DNA of 64,000 nt from Octopus sinensis (GCF_006345805.1 NC_043015.1:21328001-21392000), one strand, 5' to 3'; positions 13,646 to 28,645 are shown, counted from the first letter of the stretch. Notes: generated by a model not told the origin, from the sequence alone. Numbers and translations: made by a program.

Positions 13646-13876
13646 ACTCTTACTCTTTACTCTTTTATTCTTTTACTTGTTTCAGTCATTTGACTGCGGC
13701 CATGCTGGAGCACAGCCTTTAATCGAGCAACTCGACCCCGGGACTTATTCTTTTGTAAGCCCAGTACTTATTCTATCGGTCTTTTGCTGAACCGCTAAGT
13801 AACGGGGACATAAACACACCAGCATCGGTTGTCAAGCAATGCTAGGGGGACTAACCCAGGCACACAAACACACACG

Positions 13877-13908
<32 letters not shown>

Positions 13909-14080
13909 CATATATACGACGGGTTTCTTTCAGTTTCCCTCTACCAAATCCACTCACAAGGCTTTGGTCGGCCCGAGGCTATAGTAGAAGACACTTGCCC
14001 AAGATTCCACGCAGTGGGACTGAACCCGGAACCATGTGGCTGGTAAACAAGCTACTTACCACACAGCCACTCCTGCGCCT
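13646..14080 (-). mobile_element. Full-length tRNA-derived CORE-like SINE (family A)
   Basis: Reverse complement: ggcgcaggagtggctgtgtggtaagtagc (A box) ... ggttcagtcc (B box) ... ccttgggcaagtgtcttctactatagcc ... gctccagcatggccgcagtcaaatgactgaaacaagt, then a short AAGAGT-type tail. Confidence 0.9.
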
Positions 14081-15248
14081 ATGTAAGGTTTGTATAGACA
14101 TTTTGTATGATCAGATTTGGAACATTTTTTTTCGTAGATTTGCTTTGTTGGGACACGTTGAGTTTTAAATGGCAATGGCGATGAAAACAGGATGGCGAAG
14201 ACAGTCAAGGCCACGTCAAGGACAACAGCACTGACACAACTGATAGCAATGACAATGGATCTAACTGGCAAGATAATAACGATGACAAAATAACGCCACC
14301 ATCCTCGACGAAGATGACGACAAGCCCACCGTCGAACACCACAACCACCATCAGCACCATCTCCAATACCACCACCACCAGTATCCCCATCACCATCTCC
14401 GCCATCACCTTCCATCAATCCCTCACCTGTACCATCATGAGCATCATCACCACAAATACAACAAACACCGACACCACCGACTCCACAACCACCGCCATCA
14501 CTACCACCACCACACTCACCTATACCACCAATCAAACGGTAAAACAGAGACATGCATGCTGGTCAATATATATTATAAATGGATTGGTCAAAGCTGGCAG
14601 GTCACTATTCGTGGGATCTCATCAGTTGTGGGTGAAACATTGCAAGGTAAAAGATTCTCAATAGCAACAACAACACGAATAATACCACAAAGAACGTAAG
14701 GAGCGCCAAAGTAGAAAAGACAACAGCATCAGTTACTACAGCAACAGCATCCCCAACAACAACTACGGCAGAATAAAAGAGAGAAACAAAAACAACAGCA
14801 AGAATGGAAACAACAACAGCAAGAGCAGCAGGGGCCGCAGGAGCAGCAGCAGAAGCAACAAGATTAGCAATATGGAAGAATAGTTTCTTGTTTTGCACCG
14901 AATATGGGTCGGGTTTTGATGTTGGGGATACAAGACAGATGGAGAGAAGGTGAGAGAGAGAAAGCGAGAAAGAGAGAGAGAGAGAGTGACAGAGAGAGAA
15001 GAAATGAGAGGGAGAGTGAGAGGGGAATGTCTGCCTTCATCTGTTTTCGCATGATAGAATTAATAAACAGCCGTCTTTGAGTCATGATGTGCGTCTCCGG
15101 AGAATTGGCGGGAAAGAAATACCGAAATGATACGAGGAAATGTAATTCTTCATTAGTTAAATTGATTAGTAGATTTGTTTCTAAAAATGTCTAATGGAAA
15201 TATAGTGATGTCAGACACACGTACACCAATACACATGCACGCTTGCTG

Positions 15249-15280
<32 letters not shown>

Positions 15281-15445
15281 TATATTATATATATATATAT
15301 ATATTATATATATATATATATATGTACATATACACACATACATACTCTTGAATTAAATATGCTAACACACGCTAGCAACATATGAATGTCTCTACGTATA
15401 CACACACACATACAAGTATATATATATATATGCATATATATATAC

Positions 15446-15517
<72 letters not shown>

Positions 15518-15763
15518 TATATATGTATATGTATGTATATATATGTGTGTGCGTGATGCTTGCCTCATATACGTAGTGTATGCAATATTAGAAGAAGACA
15601 ATTTACATATCTATTAATAAATGAATACGATATACATAATTATACGCATACGTCCATACTCCACACACACACACAATCGTATATATACACACACGAACAA
15701 ATTCAGATACACATATAAATGTATGCGTATGAACATATATATATGTATATAATATATGTGTAT

Positions 15764-15810
<47 letters not shown>

Positions 15811-15842
15811 TATATATGTGTATGCACACGCACACACACACA

Positions 15843-15875
<33 letters not shown>

Positions 15876-15905
15876 CACACACACATATATATATATATAT
15901 ATATA

Positions 15906-16070
15906 GTTGAAATTTATAGAAAAACAAAAAACGAAGAGAGGTTTATGAACAACAAACAAGTGTAATAGTTTGACTCTCGGGAAAATGAAAAAGTACTTTA
16001 CGTTTCGAGTCTAGGCTCTTCCACAGAAAGGAATAAGAGAAAATAAACAGAGAAAGAATGAGAAGAACTT
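15906..16070 (-). mobile_element. Solo PLE terminal fragment carrying a hammerhead-like motif (15996-16030)
   Basis: Reverse complement ctttCTGTGGAaGAGcctagaCTCGAAAcgtaaag...ttcccgagagtcaaactattacacttgtttg...cttcgttttttgtttttctataaa aligns by eye to the last ~170 bp of the pseudo-LTRs (34230-34390). Confidence 0.7.
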
Positions 16071-16114
16071 GTAGATTTCTGCAGTTAGGCATGGCGAATG
16101 ATTAGAAAAAACTT

Positions 16115-16385
16115 ACTTCGTCGGTTACAACGACGAAGGTTCCAGTTAATCCGATCAACAAAAGACCTTAGTCGTGAAATTAATTTTACAAGTGACTGAG
16201 CACTCCACAGACACGCATACCCTTAACGTTGTTCTCAAGGAGCTTTAGCGAGACACAGGATGTGAAAATGCTGGCCTTTCGAAATAGCAGATACTACTCA
16301 TTGTTGCTTGCAAAGTGGACTGAAGGGGCACAACGCTGCACCGTGCATCGAAATTATGGCTTTACGATCGTGAGTCAAGCCTCTT
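16115..16385 (-). mobile_element. Diverged SINE (family C)
   Basis: cgtcggttacaacgac...ccgatcaac...gtgaaattaa...ctgagcactccacagacacg is homologous to 40711-41060. Confidence 0.75.
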
Positions 16386-17010
16386 CATACACAGACATAA
16401 ACACACGCACACACTCGCATACACACACAAACACACACCAGGTACGTGCCGCCTGGATAGGCAAGGTAGGCAGTGCCTACCTTCAATAATGTAGATCTAT
16501 AGCAACAATTTCCTTTCATGGCAAAATATGCACCAAATTGAGGGAATTTATGAAGGTTACTCTGATTACTATGCATAAAATGCAAAATATTTTATTTTTT
16601 GTAGATTAAGTAGACATAATTCACCTCTGCTTTTAAATCTTTGTATTTAAGCTACGCATAGAACTGCTGTAATACACATTCTGTGTACATTTCTATAACA
16701 ATATTTTTTTAACGTTCTATAAAGGCAGGAGCAAATCTGCCTCCAATCTAGCCACGCGCCAGTATTTCGCTTATTTTTTGCGCATTTTACTACATAAAGG
16801 TCACCAACTGCCTACCCTAAGTAATTAGTAGGGACACGTTCCTGATTTATTCATTTACTTACAATGGCTCCAACACACGTAGAAGTTATAAACATTTTCT
16901 CAAATATTCTCTTTAACTTTAGACATACTGCTTATGCTGACGAGAGATATTCATGAGGTCTCGTCGCATCTCCTTCTCGAAATAACAGTCAACTGTGATG
17001 TAATCGTGGA

Positions 17011-17115
17011 GAATAAATCTCAAACATAAGATGAGTACCGTGGCTGATTTCTTCGTCTACACCTTACAGGGTGGTGCTCCAGAATGGTCGCATGTTTATA
17101 ACTGAAACGAGGAAA
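17011..17115 (+). mobile_element. 3' fragment of SINE family A
   Basis: ggtggtgctccagaatggtcgca...actgaaac matches the family A 3' end. Confidence 0.55.
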
Positions 17116-20100
17116 ATATAAATGACGAAACATAACGACAAGCGCACAGAAACGCACATGAACACACATACAGAGTCCTCCACTCATACACATCTAATTG
17201 CAAACATACACACGCACAGACACATGCAAATACATACTCATACAAGCACACACACAAACAAATGCACACAGAGAAACACACACAGACATACAGACACAAG
17301 TAATATTATAAATTCACCTACATTCTCGTACGACCCTATACCTAACGTTCATTCTCTTCATAATAGTTATCAATATCAATATGGGACATGTATTACAATA
17401 TTTGTTGCTGTCGTTTAATTGCAATAGTTGTCTGATCGAACAGATCTGTGATCGAATGCATTTTAGCCATAACCATCACCTCTTTTCTCTAGCATCGCGA
17501 TTCTGTCTAAAACTACATTATTCAATAATTATTTGTCAATTTGATGATGATAAGGTGTGATGTAATTGAGATTTGATTGTTATCTGTAACACATCATTCA
17601 ATGAAATTAGAATCTATCTCTTTCTGCTGTGATTCGGGCCAGCGAAATATCAAAAGCTTGACGTTGGCAGTGATTGCGGACACAGTTTGCTGTTGCTTTC
17701 AGTGATGGAGTCCCGCATTGTGAATGTGAAGCCCCTTTGGTGTTGCAATGTTTAATAGCGCTCCGCTTTATAATTCTGGAATTTACATAACATGTGATCG
17801 TTGATAAAACTCGTATCTCTGAAATACCGACCACGGCTGTTGTTTGCTGATTAATTCGCGTTGTGATTATTGGTAGAATCGAAAAGTGTGATGGTGAATA
17901 ATGTGTTTAGGTAGTCGAGATTTGTGATTGATTACAGATTCAGTGACACTGATTACTAACAGTGATATTTCTAATGAGTTTGTGACCGAATGCGCGCGGT
18001 AGTCTGTGATACAGGCCGTAGTTTTGATCGTTGCAAAAAAGCTGGTATCGCAATATTCGATGTTTAGTTCCATATTAAGTTCTTTCATTGTATGATTCGA
18101 TTGTATAATTGTAGAAACAATACCTTGACCTGGTCATTTTACACTATGACTTTGCTATCGCTTATATTTTGTAAGGTTCACGTCGAAGCTTTTTCACCAA
18201 TTCAGCGATGGAATTGTAATTACTGCCCATTATTGAAATTGCTGGTACAAACCTGTGCCGTTATTACCGGTAAAGTTCAGTGTTATAGTCGTACATGTGC
18301 CAGCATCATGATCGTAGATGCGTTAGTGTCTTCACTTTTAATGCAGAGCTGTGTCATAATCATAGGTGCGTCAGAGACATGATTGGTCGTGGCAAAGAGC
18401 TCTAAGTTGTGTTCGTTTATACGGTTCATTGTCACGGATCGTTCATGTAACTGAGTATCTTGATCCTTGAAGCAGCCTAAAGTCACTGATTGCTTATACA
18501 ACCCGACATCTTGATCTAAAGCAGCCTTGCTTCACCATTGACATAGCTCAGTGTCTTCAACTATTAACATAGCTCAGTATTGTGATCGTTGATACAGTTC
18601 AGTCTTTTTCCTATTTGTTACAGTTCAATGATTTTCCTTTGTTACAGTCCAGTGATTTGCCCCATTTTTACTGCTCATTATCGCTGATCGTTGTTACTGC
18701 TGAGTCTTTCTAACCCTACATATAGATCATTGCATCTTGTTCAAGATAAAGTTCTATGGCAGTGATCGATGTAGTGCAATGACGTTTTGTGGTCGTAGAA
18801 ACGCCAGCATCTTGACCAGTGATACATCTTAGGATCATGATCTTCATACAGCCCGAGGTCAAGACATAGGTCAGCCTAGTTTCGTGACCTCGGATCATCC
18901 TCACATTATGATCGCTGAAACACTAGAGTGTCATTCATTGATTGTTGATGCAGCCAAACGTCGTAAACGCTCACATCACAGAGTCAGTGATCGATAAGCA
19001 AAATATTAAGATTTACGTTTGTTTCGCTCCTATACTGTCTATTTTCCGAGACATTATCGATTAGGCCAGCTGCAAAACAATAGAGTTTCATTGCCGAAGA
19101 CACGTGTCTTAGCAGACTGATAATAAAACACTAATTTCTCTCTGAACCTATTTGTTCTCTGTATTTCCAATGAAGTGCGTGAACTGCAAAATGTAAGAAT
19201 TAATGTGCTTACGGTGGAATTTGTGTTGACGGTGTTGGTGGCAGTGGCGTAATATGTAGTTAATGTTGTTGATGTTGCTGTTACTGTCGTTCGTGGTAAT
19301 AGTTACAGTGTTAATGGTAGTATTAGTGATATAGATTTTGGTAGGTTTGGCTGAGACAGAGGCAATTGTGGCGGTGGCGTTGGTGGTGCTGCTGCTGCTG
19401 GTAATAGCAAAGGTATATAGTGGCAATAGCGGTGGTGTCGGTGATAGTGATAGCAATAGTTGCGTTGATGGTGGTGGTGATAGCAGTACTGGTACTAGCA
19501 TGGTGTATGTCGATGATCGATTTGGTGGTAGTGATAATGGTGCTAATGTTAAAAGATACAAAAATGGCGATGGGGTTAACGATGGTACTACAACAGCAGT
19601 AGTAGTAGTAGTATTAGTAGTAGTGATGTAGGTGGTTGTGGTGGCTGTCGTCGTTTACACGGTGCAAATTTCGAAGAAGTTCTACCAAAACGTACGAGTA
19701 AATAAATGAACACAAACGAAATTGCTATAATTGCTGTGAATAAGACGATTTTCAATTTGAAGAATAAGAATGGAATGGAATGGAAAATTGGAAGATGGAA
19801 AAGTTGGGATTGTTTAGTGAATGTATTGTGTTGTCATGTCTTGTCTAGTTTTGGTCTTGTCAGTTTTTATTACGTTATCTGATGTACCGAACTTAATAAC
19901 TGGAAATTACTGAAAACTGTTCAACTGAACATGAAAGTTAGATCTATACGACGCACCAGCATATATATATATATATTATATATATATATATACACGTATG
20001 TCTATACACAAAAACACACACATACACAGGCACACACTTCCGCACACTGAGGCACTTAAAGGAAAAGTAGACACCTACCCCATATACATTGAGGCATAAA

Positions 20101-21089
20101 CAAACTCATATATATTTGTCTACATATGCAGAAACACACACACACATGTTATGTACATTTACATATATAGATGCTTGCACGTGAATTCATACGTGTGTAT
20201 AATGTGTGCGTGTATATATATATATATTATATATATATATATATATATAATATATATATATATTATATATATATATATATATACATATGCATGCATATAT
20301 ATATCCATACGTATTTGAACACATAAACTCACCAATACGCATTATGCATGCTTATATATCAAACTAAAGTAGGTGTAATAATCTGCTCCTTTCTATCGAC
20401 AAAACTGTGAATAGTAACACGTTTCTGAAGAAGTATCATTTTTATTAGTATTAATAGCACTCAAATAAAACAAACATTTCTTATCGATGACCACAAATAT
20501 CTATATATGTATCTCTAGCAATGTTTAAGGACAGCTGAAACGAAAAAAAATACGAAAATAAAACAAAAAGAAAATAACGATATTCGGAAAGAAAACCATA
20601 AAATTAGAAAAAAGTAAAAGAAATGAATAAGAAGATAAATAAAATATGACATGCAAATGAAGAAAATAAAAGTACATCTTGAAGGAAGATAGTAAGAGAA
20701 ATGAAGGATATTGATAGAAAAATATGAATGAAAAATATTAATAGGAAAAAATAGATGTAAACGAGAGAAAACAGACGTGAGAAATAGAGAAGGAAAGTTT
20801 ACAACAGAAAGAAAAAAAAATAGTAAAGTTTGTAGAGAAACAAAAAATATAGATGCTGTATTTCTTGTTGGTAGTTATGATGATGAGTTGAGTACTACCG
20901 TTGTTGTTGTTATTGCAACTAGAATTTTTTTCTCTTTTGGGTTTTAGGAGTTGATTTTTTCCTGCATTTTTCTTTTAAAAAATCGGAATTGGAATATCAT
21001 GTATTATAACTCATTATTTTCCCTCACTCTCTTTCTGTCTGTCTATCTGTCTCTCTTTTATTGTCTGTTTGCTTGTATATGTGTATGTA

Positions 21090-21107
21090 TTTCCTTCTAT
21101 CTATCTA

Positions 21108-21162
<55 letters not shown>

Positions 21163-21165
21163 GTA

Positions 21166-21239
<74 letters not shown>

Positions 21240-21241
21240 AA

Positions 21242-21289
<48 letters not shown>

Positions 21290-21310
21290 CCTATCTATTT
21301 ATTTATCTCT
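21090..21310 (+). repeat. (CTAT)n/(CTGT)n tetranucleotide array
   Basis: Seen directly. Confidence 0.95.
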
Positions 21311-21415
21311 CTATATACCTCTCTGTGACTCTCCCTCCCTCTTCCTCCTCCTCCTCTCTCTCTCTCTCTCTGTCCGTCTACCTATTTGTCTCTCTGTCTC
21401 GCTCTCCCTATATAT

Positions 21416-21452
<37 letters not shown>

Positions 21453-22019
21453 CGATCTTCTTTTCCCACATTCGTCGGCGTTCGGGAGTTCCAGGTCGAT
21501 TTATGCCACTTCTGCCGGAGTCGATTGCAACTGCTTGACTGTTTAAACGCAGCACTAACATCTTCAGTCTCACTAAGCTCTGAGCTTTCTCCGGATGCCA
21601 TTCGTACCGCTCTTTCCTCCGGTCCATAAGTAGGTACACGCACACAGACATATAGCGTACACAAACGCACTTATATATCATATATAGTTCAAATTTACAG
21701 AAAACAAAGTATGAAGATAGGTGAGGAAATATTAGTCTGACGTACGGGAAGAAAAAAAGAAATGGAGAAAGATCTAAAGAAAAAGAACAGAGAAAGAAAA
21801 ATGCGTAGAGATTACCGGTTCCAAGTGATGGAATGACCGGAAGAAAGAGGCCCGTGGATGGGAGATAATAACGGTGACACGGCTGAACAAGGTACTATTT
21901 CGTGATGATATACATACATAGATATATGTAATATAACATTTGTACACCCACACACATATACATATGCATGTGTACACATTCATATGTGCGTGTCTGTATA
22001 TATATACATATGTATATAT

Positions 22020-22556
22020 ATGAAATAAAAACCAGAACACAAAGGATGTCGCGGTACACATGTTTCGAGCTTAATAAAACAACTTATTCTTACATCAATG
22101 TATAATCGACAAAGCAGATAGTTTAAAGCCCTCTTCAGCCGCATGCAATTGCTACACCAAAGACTTGTATCACATTATAAAAGGTCTGGAAAAGAACATT
22201 TGGTATTATTTATAATGGTAGGTAAATTGAGTATCACGGAGAACACATTATAAAAGGTCTGGAAAAGAACATTTGGTATTATTTATAATGGTAGGTAAAT
22301 TGAGTATCACGGAGAAAGTATACAAACATACTTTCTCAGTGATACTCAATTTACCTACCATTATAAATAATACCAAATGTTCTTTTTCAGACCTTTCATA
22401 ATGTGATACAAGTCTTTGGTGTAGCAATTGCATGCGGCTGAAGAGAGCTTTAAACTATCTGTTATGTCGATTATACATTGATGTAAGAATAAGTTGTTTT
22501 ATAAAGCTCGAAACATGTGTACCGCGACATCCTTTGTGTTCTCTTTTTTATTTCAT
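22020..22556. mobile_element. Foldback element: ~230-bp arms, 6-nt loop, 73-bp tandem duplication in the left arm
   Basis: agaacacaaaggatgtcgcggtacacatgtttcgagc... versus ...gctcgaaacatgtgtaccgcgacatcctttgtgttct. Centre agaaagtat-acaaac-atactttct. Duplicated unit starts at 22171 and 22244. Confidence 0.9.
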
Positions 22557-22643
22557 TTGATATATATATCCTCTTACCTCTGCTACTAGCCGGCATATAC
22601 AGGTGCTTATACCTATCAAGTATTCACCCTGATTTATATTGTA

Positions 22644-22695
<52 letters not shown>

Positions 22696-22699
<4 letters not shown>

Positions 22700-23035
22700 T
22701 GGCACCTTGGGCAAGTGTCTTCTACTATAGCCTCGGGCCGACCAAAGCCTTGTGAGTGGATTTGGTAGACGGAAACTGAAAGAAATCCGTCGTATATATG
22801 TATATATATATGTATGTGTGTGTGTTTGTGTGTCTGTGTTTGTCCCGCTAGCATTGCTTGACAACCGATGCTGGTGTGTTTATGTCCCCGTCACTAAGCG
22901 GTTCGGCAAAAGAGACCGATAGAATAAGTACTGGGCTTACAAAGAATAACTCCCGGGGTCGAGTTGCTCGATTAAAGGCGGTGCTCCAGCATGGCCGCAG
23001 TCAAATGACCGAAACAAGTAAAAAAAAAAGAAAAG
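22696..23035 (+). mobile_element. 5'-truncated SINE family A abutting (TA)n
   Basis: gcgtggcaccttgggcaagtgtcttctactatagcctcgggccgacc...gctccagcatggccgcagtcaaatgaccgaaacaagt, then A-rich tail. Confidence 0.9.
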
Positions 23036-23108
23036 ATATATATATATATACATACAAGTTTTCGTAGGATCTTCTATGAGTCATCAATGTAAAATTCTTC
23101 AGGCCGAC

Positions 23109-23168
23109 GTGGATAAATACAATTTCCTAGTGGATAAATACAATTTCCTAGTGGATAAATACAATTTC
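23109..23168 (+). repeat. 21-bp minisatellite, ~2.9 copies
   Basis: Unit gtggataaatacaatttccta. Confidence 0.9.
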
Positions 23169-23418
23169 AACGTTCCGTTAGGTATGGTACATATGTGACC
23201 AGGAGTTTACCCTCTCCATTCTCAAATTTTGGATTTTTATTCACCTACAGAGGAAACTCTGCTACTAAGCTGTAAGTCAATTTTAAAAAAACTGATTCAA
23301 CTTCAGTTATTCTACGTCAATAAACCACAACTGTACCTGGAAGTTGTTTTTTTAAACTTTCTACAGTCTACTCGCAACTTACCATCCTCTTACACCTTGA
23401 TCCTTGTCTTTTACCAAG

Positions 23419-23472
<54 letters not shown>

Positions 23473-23829
23473 AATTAGGACTACCAAAAAACAAAACAAA
23501 GCAATTTTATATTTTGTTACACAGTGTAATAGATAAGTGCATAATTACATGCATACATGCATGAGTGCACGCATATTTTTCAGTTCATTGCGCTGCCCTT
23601 TCGAGGTATCTGATGCTGAAGATGTGGTAACTATTCAGTCTAGTTAGGGGTTACCTTGGATCGAATCAGTGTATATACAGCTGTTCGTCTGCAGTGAGAA
23701 ATTTTCTCCAGAACAAAATACAGTGAATAGCTTTTTTACGGGATTGGATATCACTGAAACACATTTGAACTTGTAACAAGATTGAATTTATACACATGAA
23801 TGGTTGCCGTTTCTGCTCCGTATTTTCTG

Positions 23830-24388
<559 letters not shown>

Positions 24389-24734
24389 TAATCTACTATA
24401 AATCTCTTATTTCTAAGTATTTCGGTATACTTGCAGAGATGTTGCAGACATTTCAGGTAATGAATGGTCGAAATAAACTCATTTTCTAGTGGTGAATATG
24501 TTGTTTTTCTATTATGGAAAGAGAATGGAAAAATAAAATCCCATCAACAATTTCGTGGAATTTACGGGACAAAACACTGGAGGAACTGACCATAAACGTC
24601 ATCGATTATTCCGAAATTCTCCTTAATATTAGATGCTTTTCTGCCCTGCACGCGAGCCAATGGACAGAACGTCTTGCAAACAAACTATAATCCGAAAGAA
24701 ACCTTAATGGATAACTGAAGTTTTAGTTCCAGTT

Positions 24735-25620
<886 letters not shown>

Positions 25621-26159
25621 ATATTTTTATTGTAGTTGCTTCTTTTGTCGTTGCTTTGGGTGGTGGTGGCGATGGTGGTGATGGTGGTGGTAACGTTTTA
25701 TTGTTATCATGATCAATGTTGGTCGTAATATCAAGAACATTATCATCGAAGAACATTATCGTTCCAGTTCAAATTGTTATTCTCTCTATAATTGTTCGTT
25801 TACATTGATTTCGCCTATGTTCGTTGTTGTTGTTGTTTTTGTTGTTATTCTTATTCTTATTGATGTTGATGGTTGTCTTGTCATTTCTAGAGATGATGTT
25901 GCCCAGCTGTCATTTTCGTTATTATTTCGTTTCTGAATATCTACAATGACAACAAAAATAACAACGATGACAACAACAAAAACAACAATAACAACAGCAA
26001 TAGATAGTAACAGTAAGGGTTTGCTTAAGAACAAGGATAAGATAAAGAATATTAAATGTAGGAAAGGAGAGTTTTAATGCTAAAACCTAATATCCTTACA
26101 TGACTACACACAACTGGTATTTATGCTTATCTCATAATATATTATTATTATTATTATTA

Positions 26160-26205
<46 letters not shown>

Positions 26206-26208
<3 letters not shown>

Positions 26209-26393
26209 GCCGGCCAGAATGCTCACCGGCATTTCATCCGTCCTCTCGTTCTGAGTTCAAATTCCGCTGAAGTTGACTTTGCTTTTCATCTTTTCGGAGT
26301 TTATAAAATAGGAACCAGTTACGTACTGGGGTCGATGTAATCGATTTAATCCTTTCCCACACATTTGAGGCCGAGTGTTTCCAGTGGAAAGGA
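26206..26393 (+). mobile_element. Diverged tRNA-derived SINE (family B)
   Basis: gttctgagttcaaattcc B box; gttgactttgcttttcatc...ctggggtcgatgtaatcga as at 39994-40225. Confidence 0.8.
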
Positions 26394-26413
26394 TTATTAT
26401 TATTATTATTATG

Positions 26414-26450
<37 letters not shown>

Positions 26451-26451
<1 letters not shown>

Positions 26452-27290
26452 TTATACATTCAATCTGCATCTTTGTTACATACAGTCACTTGCCGAGACA
26501 CTCCAAGCGTCCCGAGGAGAGTGAAGGATGAGAGATGTTACAATATGAGTGAAAGCTTGGGATGGAAAGCTAGTGAAATATCTTCATGTAATACAACACA
26601 GACATTCAAATAGATAGGGATTTTTTTAAGGATGTGGGCAGTACTTCTCGACATAATCTTTTGGATTTCTCGGAGTCCTCCTGGGATCTTATCTAGATGT
26701 TTCTGACATCCCTTTTTTGTGTCATACTTAGGGCACCTATAATAACAGGAACAGTTCTCGTTTTAAGATGCCACATCTTTCGTATTTCAATTTCCATGTC
26801 CTTATATTTACTTAGTTTGTCAAATTCCTTTACAGATACATGTTTATTAGTGGGAACACTTACATCTATTTGTCAACAAGTATTTTCTTCTCTGTCTTTC
26901 ATAACTATGTCTGATCAATTAGTCTGGATTGTTCTGTCAGTGTTAACTGGAAAATCCCAGAGGATAGTGACATTTTCACCTCCAGCAACTGGCTCAGGAA
27001 GATGTGCATACCAGTAAGCAGGAGTACTGGTTTTGTAGTGTTTACATATTTTCTAATGTAAACACTATCCTGCCCTACCGTGGCGATTTTTATATTCATA
27101 TAGTGTATGTGGTGCACCTTCTTCACCACAACTCCATCCGGTCTAGCCCCTGATCTATATGGATTGGAAAATTCCAGAAGATCTTTATAGTGAACAACTT
27201 AACACAGTTTTTCAGTTAGTTCTCATTCTACCTCTTGCCGCTCTTTGCCTCCCACTAACTTTTCGCAGTTTCCAATGTAGCACATTATCT
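26451..27290 (-). mobile_element. R4/Dong-clade RLE retrotransposon 3' remnants (two pieces) ending in (TAA)n
   Basis: Minus-strand translation WYAHLPEPVAGGENVTILWDFPVNTDRTI...IDVSVPTNKHVSVKEFDKLSKYKDMEIEIRKMWHLKTRTVPVIIGAL with stops and frameshifts. A second KIFWNFPIHID...PDGVVVKK piece lies at ~27060-27200. Confidence 0.85.
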
Positions 27291-27309
27291 ACGTGATGTT
27301 CTTTTTTTT

Positions 27310-27866
<557 letters not shown>

Positions 27867-27965
27867 CAGTAGTCTTATTTTTTCCACGTGCTTTCACTGC
27901 ACTACCGACTACAGCTCTGTGTGCCTTGGATACCTCGGGGTGACTCAGACTAATACCTACTGTAA
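27867..27965 (-). mobile_element. 3' UTR of a Dong-like family abutting (TAT)n
   Basis: ttcagtagtcttatt...gctttcactgcactacc is shared with 44820-44860, which adjoins a QKIALLGTAHIL coding end. Confidence 0.6.
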
Positions 27966-28645
27966 GTTCTCAAATCGGTACATTCCACTAAAATTCTGGT
28001 TTGAACAGCAGTTGAAGATTTGACTTTGTGACTGCCTTTGCAAAGCGGCTAGAAGTGGTTTCTCCTTGAGCCTGTAGATATAGACTAAAGCAGAAATAAA
28101 AGGGCAAACAGTTTGGCAAGACTTGACAATGATATATATTTTAGCCTAAACTAAAGTCTTTCATGGACTCAATGAGGCCTTATTAAATTCTATCCTAGCT
28201 ATTGGAACATCTTGTCGGACGAGGGTTCTATAAGCCGAGCATTCCGTCATCAGTGAGAGATAAGTTAAACGCATGTAACAGTGGAAAAATATTCTGCATG
28301 AATATCACTGTATTTCATAATGAATAGAAAGAGAGGGGAAATCCAGATAAGGAAATAATTGAAATAGGTATTCATTCTGTAAATCCCATGAACAAATTGA
28401 GAAAATCTGTAATGTATATTTGTAGAATATCTAAAGAAGATAGAATGGTTTGTTTGTAATACATGACAAGGGAACATGGATGTTAGCAGGTCCAATATTG
28501 ATTGGGGAAGAGCTAAAATGCTACAGGTCCTACGGGGTTCGGAGATCCATCATAATGTTGGTAGATGTAGACATCGGAATATCATAGTTCAAATGATTTG
28601 TGATCTACGAAGTGCTTTCTATTCTAAGAGTCCCTTGATCGCGAT

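Noticed and set aside
14056-14898. Thr-rich mucin-like and Gly/Ala-rich ORFs
   Set aside because: Degenerate CAC/CAA/CAG trinucleotide repeat; open on both strands with no domain or clear gene structure.
16440-16845. Possible hAT-like MITE (CAGG...CCTG ends, ggtaggcagt/actgcctacc)
   Set aside because: Inverted match too short and degraded, and no target duplication found.
17430-18995. Protocadherin remnant (minus-strand AACGATCAC = NDH)
   Set aside because: No DxNDxxP, DxD or LDRE motifs in the frames I translated; frequent stops.
23109-23168. CRISPR-like repeat
   Set aside because: Head-to-tail 21-mers with no spacers, no cas genes, eukaryotic context.
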